Source: a bacterium
GTDB lineage: Bacteria > SAR324 > NAC60-12
DNA: 64,000 bases
Assembly: GCA_965209155.1 (NCBI GenBank)
Contig: OZ242383.1
Coordinates: 1,568,001-1,632,000 of the forward strand
Direction: 5' to 3'
Below the pieces are notes generated by a model that saw nothing but the letters and a program-made list of their open reading frames with translations, had not been told where the DNA came from and did no database searches. This document shows, piece by piece, positions 61,113-64,000 of this stretch (the first letter of the stretch is position 1; every line of letters begins with the position of its first letter). The position numbers were made by a program, and so were the translations under genes.

Positions 61113-61814
61113 TCATTGAAACACGACAGCACTGACCAATCCGATAATTGCACCAAAAACACCTCCCCAGACCACCAACCATCCCAAGTGTTCACGAATC
61201 ATTTGATCAATGATTTGTTTAACTTGTCCGGGGGTGAGTTCGGCAAGACGAGAATTGATCATTTGTTCTACTTTGGGTTTAAATTCTTCAAACCCCCATT
61301 CTTTTTTCAAAAGAGCCGCCGTATCGATTTTTAAAAGCAATTCCTGCAATTGTCCTTGAAATTCTTTTTGAAATGGGACCTTCAAGGGCTGTAATGCTTG
61401 CTCACCTCCCACCAAACCCAGCATACCACCGAAGGGAGATTCTTTGATAACTGCAATAAATCGGTCAAATACTTTTTCGAAGTCGACTTGTTCCACAATC
61501 CAATCAACAGGAATTTCAGTTGGTAAGGTATTTTCAGTCATTTGAGCAAAGTTTGATTCCGTAAAAAAATTTTCCATGATCAATGTACGGATACCTGATT
61601 TGAATTCCTCGAAATGGAGTGGAATGATTCCCGATCCATAGAAGCCCGGTACTTTTTCAAAAAGCATATAAATTGCCAACCAATTGGTTAATGCACCGGA
61701 AAGAGCAAACAGGCTGGCTTGGCTGAGGTAGACCTGCCACGCAAAAGGAGGGCTCAAATAAGTGATCAGAAAGACAGCGGCAGCAATGAGGTTTGTGAGG
61801 AAACTCTTGTTCAT
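61113..61814 (-). CDS. DUF445/YheB family membrane protein
   Basis: GALTNWLAIYMLF, HLGWLVVWGGVFG. Confidence 0.85.
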   Translation of the reverse strand: MNKSFLTNLIAAAVFLITYLSPPFAWQVYLSQASLFALSGALTNWLAIYMLFEKVPGFYGSGIIPLHFEEFKSGIRTLIMENFFTESNFAQMTENTLPTEIPVDWIVEQVDFEKVFDRFIAVIKESPFGGMLGLVGGEQALQPLKVPFQKEFQGQLQELLLKIDTAALLKKEWGFEEFKPKVEQMINSRLAELTPGQVKQIIDQMIREHLGWLVVWGGVFGAIIGLVSAVVFQ

Positions 61815-61817
61815 AAC

Positions 61818-62891
61818 TCAAAGGATTGGATCCAACCACTGAAACAGGTCTTGTGCCTTGCCGTATTGGATTCCCATGATTTCATCAAAAAATCGGCGGG
61901 CGATGGGACCAGTGGTTCCATCACCAATGGGGTGTTCTTTCTCCCGGTAATGTAGCGCGCTCACAGGAGAAATGACCGCCGCGGTTCCAGATCCAAAAAT
62001 TTCTGTCAAACTTCCATCTTCAATCGCACGCACTGCCTCATCAATTGTGATCCGACGCTCCGAGGTTTTCAAACCCCAGCTGCGACTGAGTCGCAATACC
62101 GAATCGCGGGTGATTCCGGGGAGGATCGTGCCTGTTAACTGGGGTGTGATAATTTCATTATCAATCACAAAGAAGATATTCATCGACCCCACTTCTTCTA
62201 CGTAACATCGTCTCACCGCGTCCAGCCAGAGAACTTGGGTATAGCCTTTTTCTTTCGATTCCTTTTCAGCCAAGGTACTGGCCGCATAGTTGCCGGCGGT
62301 TTTAGCTTCTCCTACACCTCCAGGGGCGGCCCTTGTATAATTTTCAGATACAATGATTTTGACCGGATTGAAACCTTCCGGATAATACGGTCCCACCGGG
62401 CAGAGAATGATGAAAAACAAGAAACTGGAGGATTCTTTGAGCCCCAAGGCCGGTTCTGTTGCAATGAGGGTGGGCCGAATATACAAAGAAGTCCCTTCGT
62501 CTTTGGGGATCCAGTCGATTTCAAGACGAAGTAGATGTTTGAGCGCATTCAAGACAAACTGCTCATCAAATTCAGGCAAACCCATCCTGCGGCCGGTACG
62601 GTTCATGCGGGCAAAGTTTTGATCAGGCCGGAACAAGACATAGCTGCCGCTCGAAGTGTAATAAGCTTTCAGTCCCTCAAAAGATTCCTGGCCATAATGG
62701 AAGATGATGGCTGACGGTTCCAGCGATAAATGATGGTAAGGCTCGATACGCGCATCATGCCAGCCGGTACCTCTATCCCATTCCATAAGGAACATGTGAT
62801 TGGTAAATTCCGTACCGAATTTTATGTTGGAAACATCCTGAGGTGGGCTTTTCTTTTTCTCTGAAGAAATGGTCGTAACTTTTATTTCCAT
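61818..62891 (-). CDS. ilvE: Branched-chain amino acid aminotransferase
   Basis: HYGQESFEGLKAY, LYIRP, AKTAGNYA, EEVGSMN, ILPGITR, GTAAVISPV. Confidence 0.95.
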   Translation of the reverse strand: MEIKVTTISSEKKKSPPQDVSNIKFGTEFTNHMFLMEWDRGTGWHDARIEPYHHLSLEPSAIIFHYGQESFEGLKAYYTSSGSYVLFRPDQNFARMNRTGRRMGLPEFDEQFVLNALKHLLRLEIDWIPKDEGTSLYIRPTLIATEPALGLKESSSFLFFIILCPVGPYYPEGFNPVKIIVSENYTRAAPGGVGEAKTAGNYAASTLAEKESKEKGYTQVLWLDAVRRCYVEEVGSMNIFFVIDNEIITPQLTGTILPGITRDSVLRLSRSWGLKTSERRITIDEAVRAIEDGSLTEIFGSGTAAVISPVSALHYREKEHPIGDGTTGPIARRFFDEIMGIQYGKAQDLFQWLDPIL

Positions 62892-62934
62892 AAGGCTTCC
62901 TGAAAAAAATGCAAGGCCCTTGACTTTAATTCGG

Positions 62935-63081
62935 TCAGCGGGCATTGAGTTGTTGAATTGTTTGATAGAGTTGTTCTTGACGGATTTCATCGAAGTTAAA
63001 GAGAAAATATACGATCAAACTTCCCATCACCACAATTAAAATAATGCCGATACTCGCAGCAATTTTTTCACCTCTTCGCAT
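62935..63081 (-). CDS. Small single-pass membrane protein (48 aa)
   Basis: MRRGEK + hydrophobic helix + polar tail; co-oriented between leuA and ilvE. Confidence 0.45.
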   Translation of the reverse strand: MRRGEKIAASIGIILIVVMGSLIVYFLFNFDEIRQEQLYQTIQQLNAR

Positions 63082-63495
63082 ATCTTTTCTATTTATGATC
63101 TGCACAAATATCGTAGGGTAAAAGTGCGTACATGTTTTTCTCATTCCGGCAATTCGCGCCGTAGTCATTCCGGGCGAAAATCCTGAATGACATAGAAGGT
63201 CTGTACAGACTTTCGCCGCAGTGTACTGGATAATCAGGTACAATTATACTCAAATAAGTCAGACTTGGAATGATACGGAATTCTTCTGGCATAAGTCAAG
63301 TTTTGTCGAGTAATTTTCTTTCCGAAGCGTTTCTTGGGGATGTCGAATTAAGACGTGAGAGTTGTAAAAAAGCGGCTGGAAATTGAATCTATACGGACCC
63401 TGCGCGAAACACACTTTCGGTTCCACATGAGAATTCACTATTGAACAAGCCAGGTGTATCAATGATTAACTTAACCCTTTGACCCTGAAACGTAT

Positions 63496-64000
63496 TTAAA
63501 CTCCGCTACCTTCTTTATATATTCGGTTCAGCGCACTGCACAAGGCTTTGATGGATGCCAAGCTAATGTTGGAGTCCAATCCCACTCCGAAGAAGGAGCG
63601 TTTCTTCACTTTGAGTTGTACATATGCCACTGCTTGGGCATTGGAGCCTTCTCCGAGGGCATGTTCATGGTATGAGACAAACTCAAACTGAATATTTTTG
63701 TTACTGCGCAGCGCAGCGCAAAATGCGTCAATGGGACCATTTCCTTCTCCTTCAATCTTGTGTTCCTCTCCGAACATTACCAATTTGGCATGAATTCTGG
63801 TTTGGATTGAATTCTCGTCTTCGGAGGAGTCGGTTTCAATGCGACAATTTTTCAACTCAAATGGATTCCTGGGCCACAAATACTCCTCCTGAAAACACTG
63901 GTAAATTCGGCTAGGTGGAACTTCTTCTCCCGTTTCTTCAGATACTTTCTGAATAGCGCGGGCAAATTCCGGATGCATCTCCTTGGGAAGTTGATAGCCA
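63496..64000 (-). CDS. leuA: 2-isopropylmalate synthase, C-terminal regulatory domain (5' end outside window)
   Basis: LPKEMHPEF, GEGNGPIDAF, YHEHALGEGSNAQAVAYV, GVG.D.NI..AS. Confidence 0.9.
   Translation of the reverse strand, partial: GYQLPKEMHPEFARAIQKVSEETGEEVPPSRIYQCFQEEYLWPRNPFELKNCRIETDSSEDENSIQTRIHAKLVMFGEEHKIEGEGNGPIDAFCAALRSNKNIQFEFVSYHEHALGEGSNAQAVAYVQLKVKKRSFFGVGLDSNISLASIKALCSALNRIYKEGSGV

Overview
Bacterial chromosomal window from a Gram-negative, deltaproteobacteria-like genome (SAR324-like is my inference from gene content, not a database result). The region from about 24 kb to 64 kb is mostly housekeeping: queA, prmA, pyrE, cysK-cysE, clpS-clpA, greA, modC, pmbA, mutM, mnmG, five tRNAs, infC-rpmI-rplT, a six-gene alternative complex III (actABCDEF) next to a split PuuD/cytochrome c pair, mscS, comF, ilvE and leuA. 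The region 1-24 kb is a compositionally mosaic accessory zone around purQ-purL-fxsA-ispD-scpA. It holds a GC-rich aminotransferase/kinase pair, an AT-rich enolase-superfamily gene, two GC-rich paralogous peptide/nickel ABC cassettes (binding protein plus two permeases, no ATPase), IS66/IS5 debris and several toxin-antitoxin relics. Most notable observations: (1) all three TA toxins are separately crippled while their antitoxins are intact; (2) both ABC binding-protein genes carry three stacked in-frame ATG leaders and an identical 18-bp palindrome at the signal-peptide junction, one also with a 47-bp structured direct repeat; (3) a CIRCE operator precedes a small SutA-like protein rather than a chaperone; (4) a CapW/BrxR-like WYL regulator is cleanly split by an intact ISKra4-type element (24-bp IRs, 9-bp TSD, A9 frameshift); (5) ActB retains an FS0-type Fe-S motif; (6) a tRNA-Ile/tRNA-Ala pair has no flanking rRNA. 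All family assignments come from motif recognition by eye; no searches were run.
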